From the NCBI GenBank assembly GCA_001564065.1, contig LKNA01000004.1, positions 18,790 through 82,789 on the forward strand: a stretch of DNA of 64,000 bases, read 5' to 3'. The position numbers were made by a program, and so were the translations under genes. This stretch comes from Chitinophagaceae bacterium T5-Br10_B2g13 (GTDB taxonomy: Bacteria; Bacteroidota; Rhodothermia; Balneolales; Balneolaceae). The notes under the pieces are model-generated. The model did no database searches. It was given only the letters and a program-made list of their open reading frames with translations, and was not told the DNA's origin. How positions within the stretch are numbered: the first letter of the stretch is position 1; every line of letters starts with the position of its first letter. Positions 42,001 through 51,754 of this stretch are shown here, piece by piece.

Positions 42001-43785
42001 GATGAATTAACCGACCCTGATGATGAATTGTTCTATTTTGATGCCGATCTCCGGGAGATTGATCTCTGGATTGTTGAGTTCATTGTACCAAATATCATTA
42101 CCGCAATGCAGGGACGGGCTGAAGGAACCGGTTTTATAACAGGTTCCAGGACAGACTTCGACTTCAACGCCGATTTTACCGTGGAAGAGGCCGTGGGAAC
42201 TCCGCTTTTTACCAATGTAGAGTACCGGCTTGCCGGCGGCCTGAATTTTAATAAAACTGATGGGCTGACTTTCAATGAAGTACGCCTTACGGATCATCGC
42301 GGTGGAACGGGAAGATTAACCGGTATCGTAGATCTAAACGAATTCCAGCCCGGTACATTTATGGACCTGACAATCGATTTAAATAATCTGCAGTTCATGA
42401 ATAACCCCTACGATCCGGATATTCCTTTTTATGGTAATCTGTACGGAACGGGTCAGGCACAGATTTCAGGATCAAACACCAGCCCGTTTCTCCGAACCAA
42501 TGGTGCCGTTGCACTCTCATCCGACTCCAGAATATCTGTTCCTTTAGAGGAAGAGACCGAGTTTGAACAAGACAGGCGGTTTATCCAGTTTGTAGACACT
42601 TTTGACCTATCCGTGCTCGAAGAGAGATTACGAAGACAAGCGGCTGAAGACGCTGAAAATGGGCCTTCACCTGAAGAGCTCACATTTGTAGAGTTATTCA
42701 CAATGGACCTTCAGTTTACCGCTAACAACCCTGTAAACGTACAACTCATTTTTGATCCCGTAACAAACGAGATCTTGAATGCAAACGGTACGGGGCAGGT
42801 TCGCATTCTGCTCGAGGATCAGGATGTGAGTATGTTTGGACGTTTCAATATCCAGAGCGGGGATTATCAGTTTGTGAGTGGGGATATATTTACAAGAAGG
42901 TTCTCACTGGAGCAGGGCGGTTCCATCAGCTGGCAGGGTGATTTGATAGACGCCGGCCTGGATATAACAGCAATATATCGTGCCCGTCCGGTTATCTCCA
43001 CCCTACTTTCTTCAAACGCAGCCTCGGTCACACCCGAAAGCGGACAGAGAATTCCCATTGAACTGGTTCTGCGAATTGGCGGTACCATTACCCAGGTTGA
43101 AAACGAATTTTTCTTCAGGGTACCTACCGGAATTGAAGGAACCATCGATCCCACCCTGGCCACACAGATTAACAACCTCAACCAAAATGAGGAGGAGAAG
43201 TTAATCCAGGCTACCAGTATTCTTTTAAGCGGAAATTTCATTCCTTCAAATCAGGCTCAGGGTTTGGGCCTGGGTGAAGGGTTTTCCGGAACAGCTGCCG
43301 TTGTCAATCCGCTGATTTCAAGTCAGGTTATCAACCCGCTTCTGTCAAATCAGATAAATTCCCTTCTCAGAAGTGATATCACTTTCGATATTGATTTAAA
43401 TCTAACAGCCTTTAATGAAGTAGATCTTGGAGTAGCTTTGCGATTGTTTGATGATCGTGTAATTTTACGGCGCGAAGGACAAATAACCGGTGAACAGAGT
43501 GATATTGGAGATTTAGGTGCAACCTATCGAATAAATCGTACCTTCTCTCTTACTGCCTTTCACCGGCAAGATCCGACTTTAAGCTATACAAGCAGTGTTG
43601 AAACACGGCAGACACAGGAAATGAACGGCATCGGACTCGAAGCACAGGTGCAATTTAATACCTGGCAGCAGTTCAGGCAGCGTATATCGAACGCTTTCAG
43701 GGGGTTATTCGGTTTAAACAGAAGGGATGATGAATCTGGCGGCACGGAAGAAGATGCCGGTGATTCAATTGCAGAATATAATTAG
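39064..43785 (+). CDS. tamB: TamB/AsmA-like translocation and assembly module protein
   Basis: N-terminal TM anchor, 1573 aa of beta-rich sequence and a DUF490-like C-terminus ('GSISWQGD...LDITAIY', 'LFDDRVIL'). Confidence 0.85.
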   Translation: MIYRWLYNIWRFLLISVSIIAGVSLSLLLIILGVIQLPQSKDYLKTQIESTFEEQFEGSLSINSIEGFIPFQVNFTGGQFYARGDLSHPVISFENARADVDWWDLLRKNLTINSFELQEPAIHISRSDEGLNIAQIFNRLAPEETSRQPDEEADLIDQIRIFDEIDFYAPRLSIINGSILVTSSVELPDNLHLPETLNILHLNADLFLEITESQLFADISNFSATLPDTPYKYVRIAGQFYNDDRFFEVNGLNISTAESELDLSFEAQPVSIFRQQLTLKEQLLDAEYRTTINTATFSNSFARLFIPEFPDMDADITLEAQAEGNAQNFFIDRFQALYGETAIISTATVENLFTNEISYDAQIDNIVLQPDQFQWISDNYFNQFDTRLYQNTILRGDLFGNLQETGADLKVETEVGSMQLDIFMNHREESGYELLAELDSLDISPILKDTLTTTMLNGRLALSGSGFDKNAALNASLDLSGSTIFDLDFQTIIAEANYSEEQLSYSAQVRDDYGTLQATGRFYENESYPEFTIDGAVQNFNFATYTDYFQSESTDFNATFSGNIRGNSVDEAHGRVSVEVDRFISGSDTLRSHQLYADLSPPNQQPRILRFTSSFFDGEIEGTIAPTTIQNFAAYWNNYFQERIRREVLFDQEFVLADLELPDQAFEYPELDLSLQVSIKDLNLLRHYLPVLPEMQSRARLTASVNASESALSMSGTLFEENFRTGNVEARNVNTSLSAEFNYGESIRDFGNMDVQFNSGVINVNEMTFLDSYLNFSMRNDSLQLQQQFVRDDNIELQSTLSGVLSPGKFEVTVNNLLIGTPQYNWRSEGTSQFIYTDDHKLTLNNVRLTSDRDLLEINGTFSDAFEDSVDFRIDNFDLSRISDLIGGRISFSGILDGEFITRSLTQIPSIQGNISVEEGRINGRLVGDVELNSAFNSDENRFDTNVHVFTDPEKYSNYIGRNDGIGQDLRLNGYVKIPDELTDPDDELFYFDADLREIDLWIVEFIVPNIITAMQGRAEGTGFITGSRTDFDFNADFTVEEAVGTPLFTNVEYRLAGGLNFNKTDGLTFNEVRLTDHRGGTGRLTGIVDLNEFQPGTFMDLTIDLNNLQFMNNPYDPDIPFYGNLYGTGQAQISGSNTSPFLRTNGAVALSSDSRISVPLEEETEFEQDRRFIQFVDTFDLSVLEERLRRQAAEDAENGPSPEELTFVELFTMDLQFTANNPVNVQLIFDPVTNEILNANGTGQVRILLEDQDVSMFGRFNIQSGDYQFVSGDIFTRRFSLEQGGSISWQGDLIDAGLDITAIYRARPVISTLLSSNAASVTPESGQRIPIELVLRIGGTITQVENEFFFRVPTGIEGTIDPTLATQINNLNQNEEEKLIQATSILLSGNFIPSNQAQGLGLGEGFSGTAAVVNPLISSQVINPLLSNQINSLLRSDITFDIDLNLTAFNEVDLGVALRLFDDRVILRREGQITGEQSDIGDLGATYRINRTFSLTAFHRQDPTLSYTSSVETRQTQEMNGIGLEAQVQFNTWQQFRQRISNAFRGLFGLNRRDDESGGTEEDAGDSIAEYN

Positions 43786-43801
43786 TAATTAAAAATACAG
43801 A

Positions 43802-45958
43802 ATGAGTAAAAAAGACAGATTAAGTTCATTAGAAAAGAGAATCATAGAAATTTTAAAATCCTATCCAGACGCGTCTATTCCGATACCGCTGCTGATGGAT
43901 GCGTTATCACTGCCCAAAAAAGGGGAGAAAAAAATAAAGAAATCGGTAAATCGATTAAAACAGCTGGGTCACGTATTTGTTACCAAAGGAAATTTAGTAC
44001 GGCTAAATGAAGCCACAGAGGATGACGACAACGTCTACACCGGCAAGCTGGATGTAACCAGCCATGGAGACGGGTACGTTATTGTTGAGGGGAGAGATCA
44101 GGATATAAAGATATCCCAGCGGTTTATGAGCACCGCTCTGAACGGTGATACGGTGAAAGTAAAACTTACCGGCTATCACAAAAAGAGCAATAAGCCCATG
44201 GGCAAAATTGATGATGTTGTTGAAAGAGCTGATTCACTGCTTGTTGGGACACTCAAAGAAGTGGCCAAAAACACATATCTGATCGAAACAGACCATCAAT
44301 CTTCACGGGTCGATTTTTTCGTAGATCCTAAAGATATGAATGATGCCAAACCCGGCGATAAAGTCACATTCAGGCTTATCCAGTGGGAAGACGTCAGGGG
44401 ATATCCTCAGGCAAAAATTCAAAAAACCTTTGGACCGGCTGGCAGCAATGAGGCGAATGTGCTCTCAATTTTAGCTGAAAAACAGTTTGAATCATCATTC
44501 CCACCGGAAGTAGAAAAGTTTGCCAAGGAGGTTCCGGAAAAGATACCTGAGGATGAAATCAAAAAACGGCGGGATATGCGGGACGAAGTTGTATTGACTA
44601 TCGACCCTGCCGATGCCAAAGATTTTGATGACGGTCTCAGCATCCAAATACTCGATAATGGTAACTATTACCTTGGCGTCCACATTGCAGATGTTACCCA
44701 TTACATGCCGAGAAGTACGGTACTTGACGAAGAAGCTATTGAAAGAGCAACAAGTGTATACCTGGTTGACCGGGTGATACCAATGCTCCCTGAGTACCTG
44801 AGTAACGGTGTGTGCAGCCTGCGCCCACATGAAGATAAACTTGCGTACAGCTGTTTCATGGAGATTGCTCCAAACGGGAAACTGATCGACCACTCTATTG
44901 AAGAGACTGTTATTCATTCCAAACAGCGTTTTGTATATGAAGAAGTTCAGGAAATTTTAGACGGTAAAGCAGACCACAAGTTTAAAGAAGAACTAAAAAC
45001 ACTTGAAAAGCTCGCTAAAACCCTGCTTGAAAATCGATTCAACCAGGGATCGATCAATTTTGAAACTCCTGAACCAAAATTCGTACTCGACGATGATGGA
45101 AAACCGGTTGATGTAGTAATTAAAGAGCGAATCTTTGCTCACCGATTAATTGAAGAATGTATGCTGATGGCTAATAAAACCGTAGCCAAGCATGTAGACT
45201 CACTTCGAAAGAAAGTGCGCGGAGATAAAACTGCGAAAAGTGATCATCCGTTTTTATACCGTGTGCATGGCGAGCCGGATCTTGAAAAACTGAATAATAT
45301 CAAGGAGACGGCAAAACCACTGGGCATACACTTTGATCTGAAAGGAGGCATCAGCGCCAAAAAAATTAATGACCTTCTTAAGCAGGTAGAAGATACCTCA
45401 CTTGAAAATATTATCAACGGACTGATGCTCAGATCAATGGCTAAAGCTGAGTACTCACCGAAGAATATTGGTCATTTTGGGCTTGGTTTCAAACACTATG
45501 CACACTTTACCAGCCCCATCCGCCGTTATCCCGATGTGATTGTTCATCGTCTATTGAAGCGCTACAACGCCGGATCCAGTGAATACACTTACGATAAGCT
45601 TATTGAACTTGGTGAACATTGCAGCGAAAAAGAGCGTTACGCTGTAGAAGCGGAACGAGATTCCGTAAAACTAAAGCAAGTTGAATTTCTTTCTGACAGA
45701 CTTGGTCAAAATTTTGAAGGTACCATTAGCGGTGTTACCGAGAATGGTCTTTACGTTCAAATTAATGATATATACTGCGAAGGAATGGTGCGCGTTAGCG
45801 ATTTGAAGGATGATTACTACGTGTTCCATCCAAAAATGCACTGTTTGATCGGCAGATCGAAAGGCAAAAAGTTTAGATTGGGTGACACTATTAAAGTGAA
45901 AGTTGTTAAAACAGATCTTGAAAAAAGACAGATAGACCTGACTCTGGGCGATAATTAA
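43802..45958 (+). CDS. rnr: Ribonuclease R
   Basis: 'TIDPADAKDFDDG', 'HIADV', 'HFTSPIRRYPD' and a C-terminal S1 domain. Confidence 0.96.
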   Translation: MSKKDRLSSLEKRIIEILKSYPDASIPIPLLMDALSLPKKGEKKIKKSVNRLKQLGHVFVTKGNLVRLNEATEDDDNVYTGKLDVTSHGDGYVIVEGRDQDIKISQRFMSTALNGDTVKVKLTGYHKKSNKPMGKIDDVVERADSLLVGTLKEVAKNTYLIETDHQSSRVDFFVDPKDMNDAKPGDKVTFRLIQWEDVRGYPQAKIQKTFGPAGSNEANVLSILAEKQFESSFPPEVEKFAKEVPEKIPEDEIKKRRDMRDEVVLTIDPADAKDFDDGLSIQILDNGNYYLGVHIADVTHYMPRSTVLDEEAIERATSVYLVDRVIPMLPEYLSNGVCSLRPHEDKLAYSCFMEIAPNGKLIDHSIEETVIHSKQRFVYEEVQEILDGKADHKFKEELKTLEKLAKTLLENRFNQGSINFETPEPKFVLDDDGKPVDVVIKERIFAHRLIEECMLMANKTVAKHVDSLRKKVRGDKTAKSDHPFLYRVHGEPDLEKLNNIKETAKPLGIHFDLKGGISAKKINDLLKQVEDTSLENIINGLMLRSMAKAEYSPKNIGHFGLGFKHYAHFTSPIRRYPDVIVHRLLKRYNAGSSEYTYDKLIELGEHCSEKERYAVEAERDSVKLKQVEFLSDRLGQNFEGTISGVTENGLYVQINDIYCEGMVRVSDLKDDYYVFHPKMHCLIGRSKGKKFRLGDTIKVKVVKTDLEKRQIDLTLGDN

Positions 45959-45979
45959 CTACTAATAAACTGTACGAAT

Positions 45980-48900
45980 ATGCAGACTCGATACAAATTT
46001 TTTCTGATTTTTCTGCTCACACTTTTCCTGGGAACAGCAGTAACCGAACAGCTTTTTGCTCAATACTTCTTTTTTGGGAAAAATCGGGTTCAGTACGATA
46101 CGTTCGATTGGCGGTTCATCGAAACCGACCATTTCGATATCTACTACTACGACTCCAGAAACTACCATCTGGCCCAGTTTACCGCAGAAACTGTGGAGTC
46201 TTCTCTCAAGCAGTTAAATCAGGATTTTGATGATCAGCTGACAGATCGTATACCGGTTATTATTTACGATTCTCACAGCGACTTTTCACAAACAAATGTC
46301 GTTCGTCTGCCTGTAGATGCACAGGGAATTGGAGGTGTTACCGACAAGTTCAAAAACAGAATGACCCAGCCTTTTATGGGTGATTATGCTGACTTCAGGC
46401 GTACTTTACAGCACGAGCTTCTGCACGCTTACATCAACGATGTCTATTATGGCGGAAATGTACAGTCTATTGTAAGTAATAATATTCAGCTTCGATTTCC
46501 TCTCTGGTTTGAAGAGGGGCTGGCCGAATATTTAGCTCTTAAATGGGACACACAAACCGACATGTACATACGGGATGCTATTTTAAATAATTACCTCCCT
46601 CCCATTCAGCAGCTTGGTGGATTCTTCGCGTATCGCGGCGGACAGGCATTCTGGTATTATATCGAAGATCAGTATGGGCGTCCAAAAATAACAGAGATTT
46701 TACAGCGCATTAAATCAACGAGAAATATCCGGCTCTCCCTGGTGCAGTCTCTTGGTCTGGAAATTGACGAGCTCTCTGAACGCTGGCAGGAATACTGGAG
46801 GCAGAGGTACTTTCCGGAAGTAGCCGAGCGTCAGTCTCTGAGCAGTGTTGCCACACAGATTACAACCAGAGCCCGATCAGGTTCATACAACACCAGTCCT
46901 GCTATATCTCCACGAGGAGACCGTATAGCCATGATATCCAACCGCCGGGGTGTGTTTGATGTGGTTGTGGTTGATGCCAATACCGGAGAGCGCATCAAAA
47001 CTATTGTTAGCGGTGCGGATAATCCTATGTTTGAAGAGCTGAACATTTTGAATCCAAATTTGAGCTGGTCTCCTGATGGCAGTAAAATTACCCTGTCCAG
47101 TAAATCACAAGGCTCTTACAATTTAGCCATTGTTGATTATGAAACCCTGAACAGTGAGACGATTCGGTTTCCAAGCCTGGATGCGATCAACTCCGTAGCA
47201 TGGTCACCGGATGGTAATAAGATTGCTTTTGATGGCAATATGGGACCGTATCAGAACATTTTTGTTTACAATCTGCAAACCGGTGATTTCCAGACTATAA
47301 CAAATGATGTGTTCACTGACGTAGAGCCCGCCTGGGGTCCTGATTCTGAAATGGTCTACTTTGTATCCAACAGGGGCGGAATGTTAAACCCTGAAGCCGC
47401 CAAAGCCGGTTATTCCATCATGCAGGATGACTCATTCTATGAAACAGATCTCTATAGAATCCGGCTTGGAAGCAATCGTATTGAGCGGCTTACAAACACA
47501 CCGAACTGGTCGGAAAGGCAGCCTACCCTCACAGGCAATGGGCGTATGCTATTTGTCTCTGATCAAAATGGAATTCCGAATATTTACGAGTATGATTTAA
47601 ACAGCAGAACGGTTCATCCGATTACTGATTTGCAATCTGGTGTTATGCAAATTTCGGTTTCTGTTGACGGAACAAGAGTTGCATTTAACTCATTAAACCA
47701 AGGATTTCCCGATATTTTCATGCTTCGGTCTCCGTTTGACAGACGCATGAACCGGCAGCTAACGCCGAACACTTGGGCTCAGGAAAGAGCAGCGACCCGT
47801 CCCGGCGACCGGGTACCGGCTATCCGATATGCTCAGGAGATGATCCAGAACAGACCCATGGGTAATGTCGTTACGTCGAGAGTTTTACAGGATGCACCCG
47901 TTACCGGTCATGAACGAATGATTGAAACGCGGAGAGATACTACCGATCGTGATACAACTACCCGCACAGATCGTATCGATTTCAGAAACTACCAATTTGG
48001 CGAGGCAGTGGTTCAGGATACCACCATTGAACTCCGCGACGACCCTCGTAAATTTGAACCGACTGCAAACACTACCGAAGATGGTCTCTACCAACCTAAA
48101 GAGTATCGACTGAACTTCTCGCCCGATTTCAGTTATGCAGCGGGGCAAATCAGTACATATTACGGAACCTCAGCTTTCGCATTCGTAACGCTGACGGATC
48201 TTTTTGGTGATCATGAAATTTCATTCGGTTCAAATTTAGTTTTTGACCTCAGAAACAGTGATTACACATTTCAGTATGGCTATCTGAGAAATCGAACCAA
48301 TTTCTTTACATCCTTTTTCCATCAATCCAGAAACTTCCAGACATTTAGTGGCGAGTTACTTCGGTTCAGAACTTTTGGTGCTTCTGTTGATTTTCAATAC
48401 CCTCTAAACCGCTATCAAAGAGTTGATTACGGCGTATCCGGTATTGGATTGGCAAGGGATTTCAGCTCCGTTCGGGGGACGGGTTCAAGAAATTTAAGCA
48501 ATGAAAGAAGTTACTTCCTCTACCCACAAGTTACGTTTACCGGAGACTACACAATACCCGGTTTCATAACTCCGCGCGGCGGTAATCGCTACTCGGTCCG
48601 GCTGGCAGCCAGTCCTCCTCTAACATCTGAAACACCACAGTTTGCTACACTTTTAGGAGATTACAGGCAATACTTTGATCTGGGATCTCGCTACTCAATA
48701 GCTTTGCGTGGCGCCGGTGCCGTATCTTACGGACGTGATTCTCAAACATTCTTCATGGGGGGTATGCTTGGATGGATCAACCAGCGATGGAGTGATGCCG
48801 AAATTCCATTTGAGCGACTTGCCGATACATTCTTTACACTTCCTGCAACTCCGCTCAGAGGTCACGAATTCAATACAATTTTCGGTGACAAGTTCACGCT

Positions 48901-49342
48901 GATTAATGCTGAGTTCCGGTTTCCGCTCTTTGCAGCCGTACTCCCGGGGCCTATCCCCATCCTTCCGTTATGGAACATCACAGCCGTTGCTTTTGTGGAT
49001 GCCGGAGCTGCATGGGGATTTGAAGTACCCTACTCCCGATTTACGGATCAAACAGGCGAACCGATCGTTTACTTTGAAAACCCCGCAGGACTGGACTGGA
49101 AAATTGGTACGAAACGAGAGGAATTTATCAATCCGCAGACCGGCCTCCTGAGAGAAGGCGAGCCACAGCAAGGCGATATACCCGCCAGCTTTGTGGACGG
49201 TGATATTCTGATTGGTGCCGGATTCGGATTGCGTACAATTCTGCTTGGGCTTCCCTTCCGATACGACATCGGCTGGCCGTATGAACGCACCGGGTTTGGC
49301 AGCAGCCCGATTCACTACTTCTCCATCGGTATTGATTTTTAA
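45980..49342 (+). CDS. Outer-membrane protein: MA-clan metallopeptidase domain + PD40 beta-propeller + Omp85-like barrel
   Basis: Signal peptide; 'HELLH...WFEEGLAEY'; repeated 'WSPDG'; C-terminal barrel with 'PLRG', 'NAEFRFPL', 'GAGFGLR' and terminal 'FSIGIDF'. Confidence 0.82.
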   Translation: MQTRYKFFLIFLLTLFLGTAVTEQLFAQYFFFGKNRVQYDTFDWRFIETDHFDIYYYDSRNYHLAQFTAETVESSLKQLNQDFDDQLTDRIPVIIYDSHSDFSQTNVVRLPVDAQGIGGVTDKFKNRMTQPFMGDYADFRRTLQHELLHAYINDVYYGGNVQSIVSNNIQLRFPLWFEEGLAEYLALKWDTQTDMYIRDAILNNYLPPIQQLGGFFAYRGGQAFWYYIEDQYGRPKITEILQRIKSTRNIRLSLVQSLGLEIDELSERWQEYWRQRYFPEVAERQSLSSVATQITTRARSGSYNTSPAISPRGDRIAMISNRRGVFDVVVVDANTGERIKTIVSGADNPMFEELNILNPNLSWSPDGSKITLSSKSQGSYNLAIVDYETLNSETIRFPSLDAINSVAWSPDGNKIAFDGNMGPYQNIFVYNLQTGDFQTITNDVFTDVEPAWGPDSEMVYFVSNRGGMLNPEAAKAGYSIMQDDSFYETDLYRIRLGSNRIERLTNTPNWSERQPTLTGNGRMLFVSDQNGIPNIYEYDLNSRTVHPITDLQSGVMQISVSVDGTRVAFNSLNQGFPDIFMLRSPFDRRMNRQLTPNTWAQERAATRPGDRVPAIRYAQEMIQNRPMGNVVTSRVLQDAPVTGHERMIETRRDTTDRDTTTRTDRIDFRNYQFGEAVVQDTTIELRDDPRKFEPTANTTEDGLYQPKEYRLNFSPDFSYAAGQISTYYGTSAFAFVTLTDLFGDHEISFGSNLVFDLRNSDYTFQYGYLRNRTNFFTSFFHQSRNFQTFSGELLRFRTFGASVDFQYPLNRYQRVDYGVSGIGLARDFSSVRGTGSRNLSNERSYFLYPQVTFTGDYTIPGFITPRGGNRYSVRLAASPPLTSETPQFATLLGDYRQYFDLGSRYSIALRGAGAVSYGRDSQTFFMGGMLGWINQRWSDAEIPFERLADTFFTLPATPLRGHEFNTIFGDKFTLINAEFRFPLFAAVLPGPIPILPLWNITAVAFVDAGAAWGFEVPYSRFTDQTGEPIVYFENPAGLDWKIGTKREEFINPQTGLLREGEPQQGDIPASFVDGDILIGAGFGLRTILLGLPFRYDIGWPYERTGFGSSPIHYFSIGIDF

Positions 49343-49372
49343 CCAATACTTGGAAGTTTAATTTTCAGACAT

Positions 49373-49411
49373 AAAAAAACCTCATCTGATAAAAATCGGA
49401 TGAGGTTTTTT
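49373..49411. terminator. Bidirectional terminator
   Basis: AAAAAAACCTCATCTGAT...ATCGGATGAGGTTTTTT between convergent genes. Confidence 0.85.
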
Positions 49412-49430
49412 ATTTACAAAAGAAAATATT

Positions 49431-49877
49431 TTACTCTTTATCTTCGCCTGAAAAAGCATTGTAAACCATAAGCAGATCTTCAGCTACTTCTTCTTTTGTT
49501 CGTCCTTCGATTCTATGCCGAGGAACCATTGCCTTAATCTCACCGTCTACGAAAAAAGCAAAAGCCGGAGATGACGGAGGATATTCACTGAAATACTCTC
49601 TGGCTCGCGCCGTAGCTTCCTTATCCTGCCCTGCAAATACGGTTACGAGATGATCGGGTTTATGATCAGTTTTTTCCAGCGAGAGCCCAACTGCCGGCCT
49701 TGCATTACCCGCTGCACATCCACAAACGGAGTTAATAACCATCAGCATGGTTCCTTCATTATACTCCTTCATGACGCGGTCAACGTCTTCGACTGTTTTT
49801 AGCTCTTCTACACCTAAATCCGTAAGTTCTTCACGCATCCAGGATGTATCAGGACCTATTCCAAATCCAAATTGCAT
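49431..49877 (-). CDS. BrxA/BrxB family bacilliredoxin
   Basis: 'NSVCGCAAGNARP', 'VFAGQDKEAT' and 'PPSSP'. Confidence 0.95.
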   Translation of the reverse strand: MQFGFGIGPDTSWMREELTDLGVEELKTVEDVDRVMKEYNEGTMLMVINSVCGCAAGNARPAVGLSLEKTDHKPDHLVTVFAGQDKEATARAREYFSEYPPSSPAFAFFVDGEIKAMVPRHRIEGRTKEEVAEDLLMVYNAFSGEDKE

Positions 49878-50011
49878 ATCTGTTCGATTTTTAAATGCTA
49901 AATTTTATTTGCTCAAATATAACGATATTTCTCTACAATATTTTAAACCGCTGAAGCGATAATCTATTGCAACGAAATCAATGTCGATCTCAATATTTCA
50001 AACTAAACATT

Positions 50012-50824
50012 ATGACGTTTCGTTTTCATAACCTTTTTTTTCTCCCTGTGATCCTCTTTGCAGTATCTTGCGGAAGTACCAATCAGTTTAATGCTGCTCA
50101 GCTCAATGCTCCTATTTCTGTAGATGGTAACCTATCCGATTGGAATACAAACCAGACTCTGTTCGACGATCGCGACCACGCAAACTACTACTCCGCTTAC
50201 GATGATGAGTTTCTCTACCTATTTATCGACATACGCAGTGCATACAAAGATGCAACCGTAAGGCGATCCGGCTTTACAGTATACCTTAGCGATGATGAAG
50301 ATTCCCGCAAAGATGTTGGAATAAGTTTCCCACCCGGCACATTTAATCTGCTGAGAGAATATCCGGGTGCTTTCAGTTCGTTTACCAGAGAATCAGACTG
50401 GTTAAACAAACCTGAAAATCGTGAACTAATGGAGAGATTAAATGAAGAGCTTTTTGATCGAGTAATGATTGTTCAGCGATCAAACGGCGGAGAGCCATCT
50501 TATGGTTTTGTTGATAAGTCTCAGCTGGAAGTAGACGGAATGGAAGTTGCAATCAATACAGACAGCCGCACTATCGGCGTTGAGCTAAAAATTCCCCGAG
50601 ACGGTTCATCCATCTACGGATTCAGCGGCAACAGGGTTTGGTTAGGTTTTGCTGTTGAGCCTCCATCGTTTAGAATCCAGGGAAGTTCCGATTATTCAGC
50701 AACTTCTTCAGGTCAGCGAGATCGGTATGGAAATCGTCAGCGTAACCGAACCAATCCAAATGCAAATATGGCACGTAACCTGGGACAAATGGAGCGTTGG
50801 CATATTATCAGGTTTGATGATTAA
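50012..50824 (+). CDS. Hypothetical lipoprotein with DOMON/CBM9-like N-terminal fold
   Basis: ATG at 50012 gives the lipobox 'AVSC'. Contains 'ISVDGNLSDW', 'DDEFLYL' and 'ELKIP'. Confidence 0.65.
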   Translation: MTFRFHNLFFLPVILFAVSCGSTNQFNAAQLNAPISVDGNLSDWNTNQTLFDDRDHANYYSAYDDEFLYLFIDIRSAYKDATVRRSGFTVYLSDDEDSRKDVGISFPPGTFNLLREYPGAFSSFTRESDWLNKPENRELMERLNEELFDRVMIVQRSNGGEPSYGFVDKSQLEVDGMEVAINTDSRTIGVELKIPRDGSSIYGFSGNRVWLGFAVEPPSFRIQGSSDYSATSSGQRDRYGNRQRNRTNPNANMARNLGQMERWHIIRFDD

Positions 50825-50882
50825 CCAGGTTGCCGTAAACCTTTACCGGCTACTATAAACGCCAGAAATTATATCTTGCAAT

Positions 50883-50915
50883 AAAAAAAGCGCCTGAATA
50901 ATCAGACGCTTTTTT
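50883..50915. terminator. Bidirectional terminator
   Basis: AAAAAAAGCGCCTGA-ataa-TCAGACGCTTTTTT between convergent genes. Confidence 0.8.
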
Positions 50916-50942
50916 CTTTAAATCGTGATTTAGCAGAAATGC

Positions 50943-51551
50943 TTACTTAGCATCCTGATAATTTTTCTCTACCTGATCCCAGTTTACTACATTCCAGAAT
51001 GCGCTGAGGTAGTCTGGTCTTCTGTTTTGGTAATTTAGATAGTACGCATGTTCCCAAACATCTACTCCTAAAATTGGAGTTAATCCGTCCATATAAGGAC
51101 TATCCTGATTTGCAGTGGATGCTACTACCAACTCGCCGGAATCGTCCACGCACAACCAACCCCATCCAGAGCCAAATTGAGATGCAGCGGTTGATGAAAA
51201 TTTCTCTTTAAATTTGTCAAAGCTTCCAAACTTCTTGTCGATGGCTTTTGCCAAATCACCTGATGGATTTCCACCGCCATTCGGCGACATCACTTTCCAA
51301 AAGAGATTGTGATTTGCATATCCGCCACCACTGTTAATTACTGCCTGCTTTTTATCTGCAGGAACCTCATCAATTCGTCTCAATACCTCTTCAATTTCAA
51401 GGTCTGCAAACTCATGACCTTCAAGGGCTGCATTCAACTTATTAGTATACCCCTGATGGTGCTTTCCATGGTGAATTTTCATGGTTCTTTCGTCAATATG
51501 CGGTTCAAGCGCATCATGATCGTAAGGTAATTCAGGTAATTCGAATGACAT
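50943..51551 (-). CDS. sodA: Superoxide dismutase, Mn-type signature
   Basis: 'HHGKHH', 'GGGYANH', 'FGSGW', 'NQD' and 'DVWEHAYY'. Confidence 0.95.
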   Translation of the reverse strand: MSFELPELPYDHDALEPHIDERTMKIHHGKHHQGYTNKLNAALEGHEFADLEIEEVLRRIDEVPADKKQAVINSGGGYANHNLFWKVMSPNGGGNPSGDLAKAIDKKFGSFDKFKEKFSSTAASQFGSGWGWLCVDDSGELVVASTANQDSPYMDGLTPILGVDVWEHAYYLNYQNRRPDYLSAFWNVVNWDQVEKNYQDAK

Positions 51552-51754
51552 AAAATTTCTGTTTTAAATTAAAGTTTTTGTTTTGATAACGCTCTTAATG
51601 GCATGGCGTTATACCTTCTTCTATTCAGACAAAAAATTACAGACTGAAAACGTTCCAACAAAATTTAAATCTTATTTGGTATTTTGTTTGATGTTGGGAG
51701 CATATCATAGCTAACTTCAGTCTTATTGCAGTTTTAAATAATTGAACAATTATT

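Noticed and set aside
51586-51612. Inverted repeat ATAACGC...GCGTTAT upstream of sodA
   Set aside because: Only 7 bp with no recognisable operator consensus; insufficient without comparative data.
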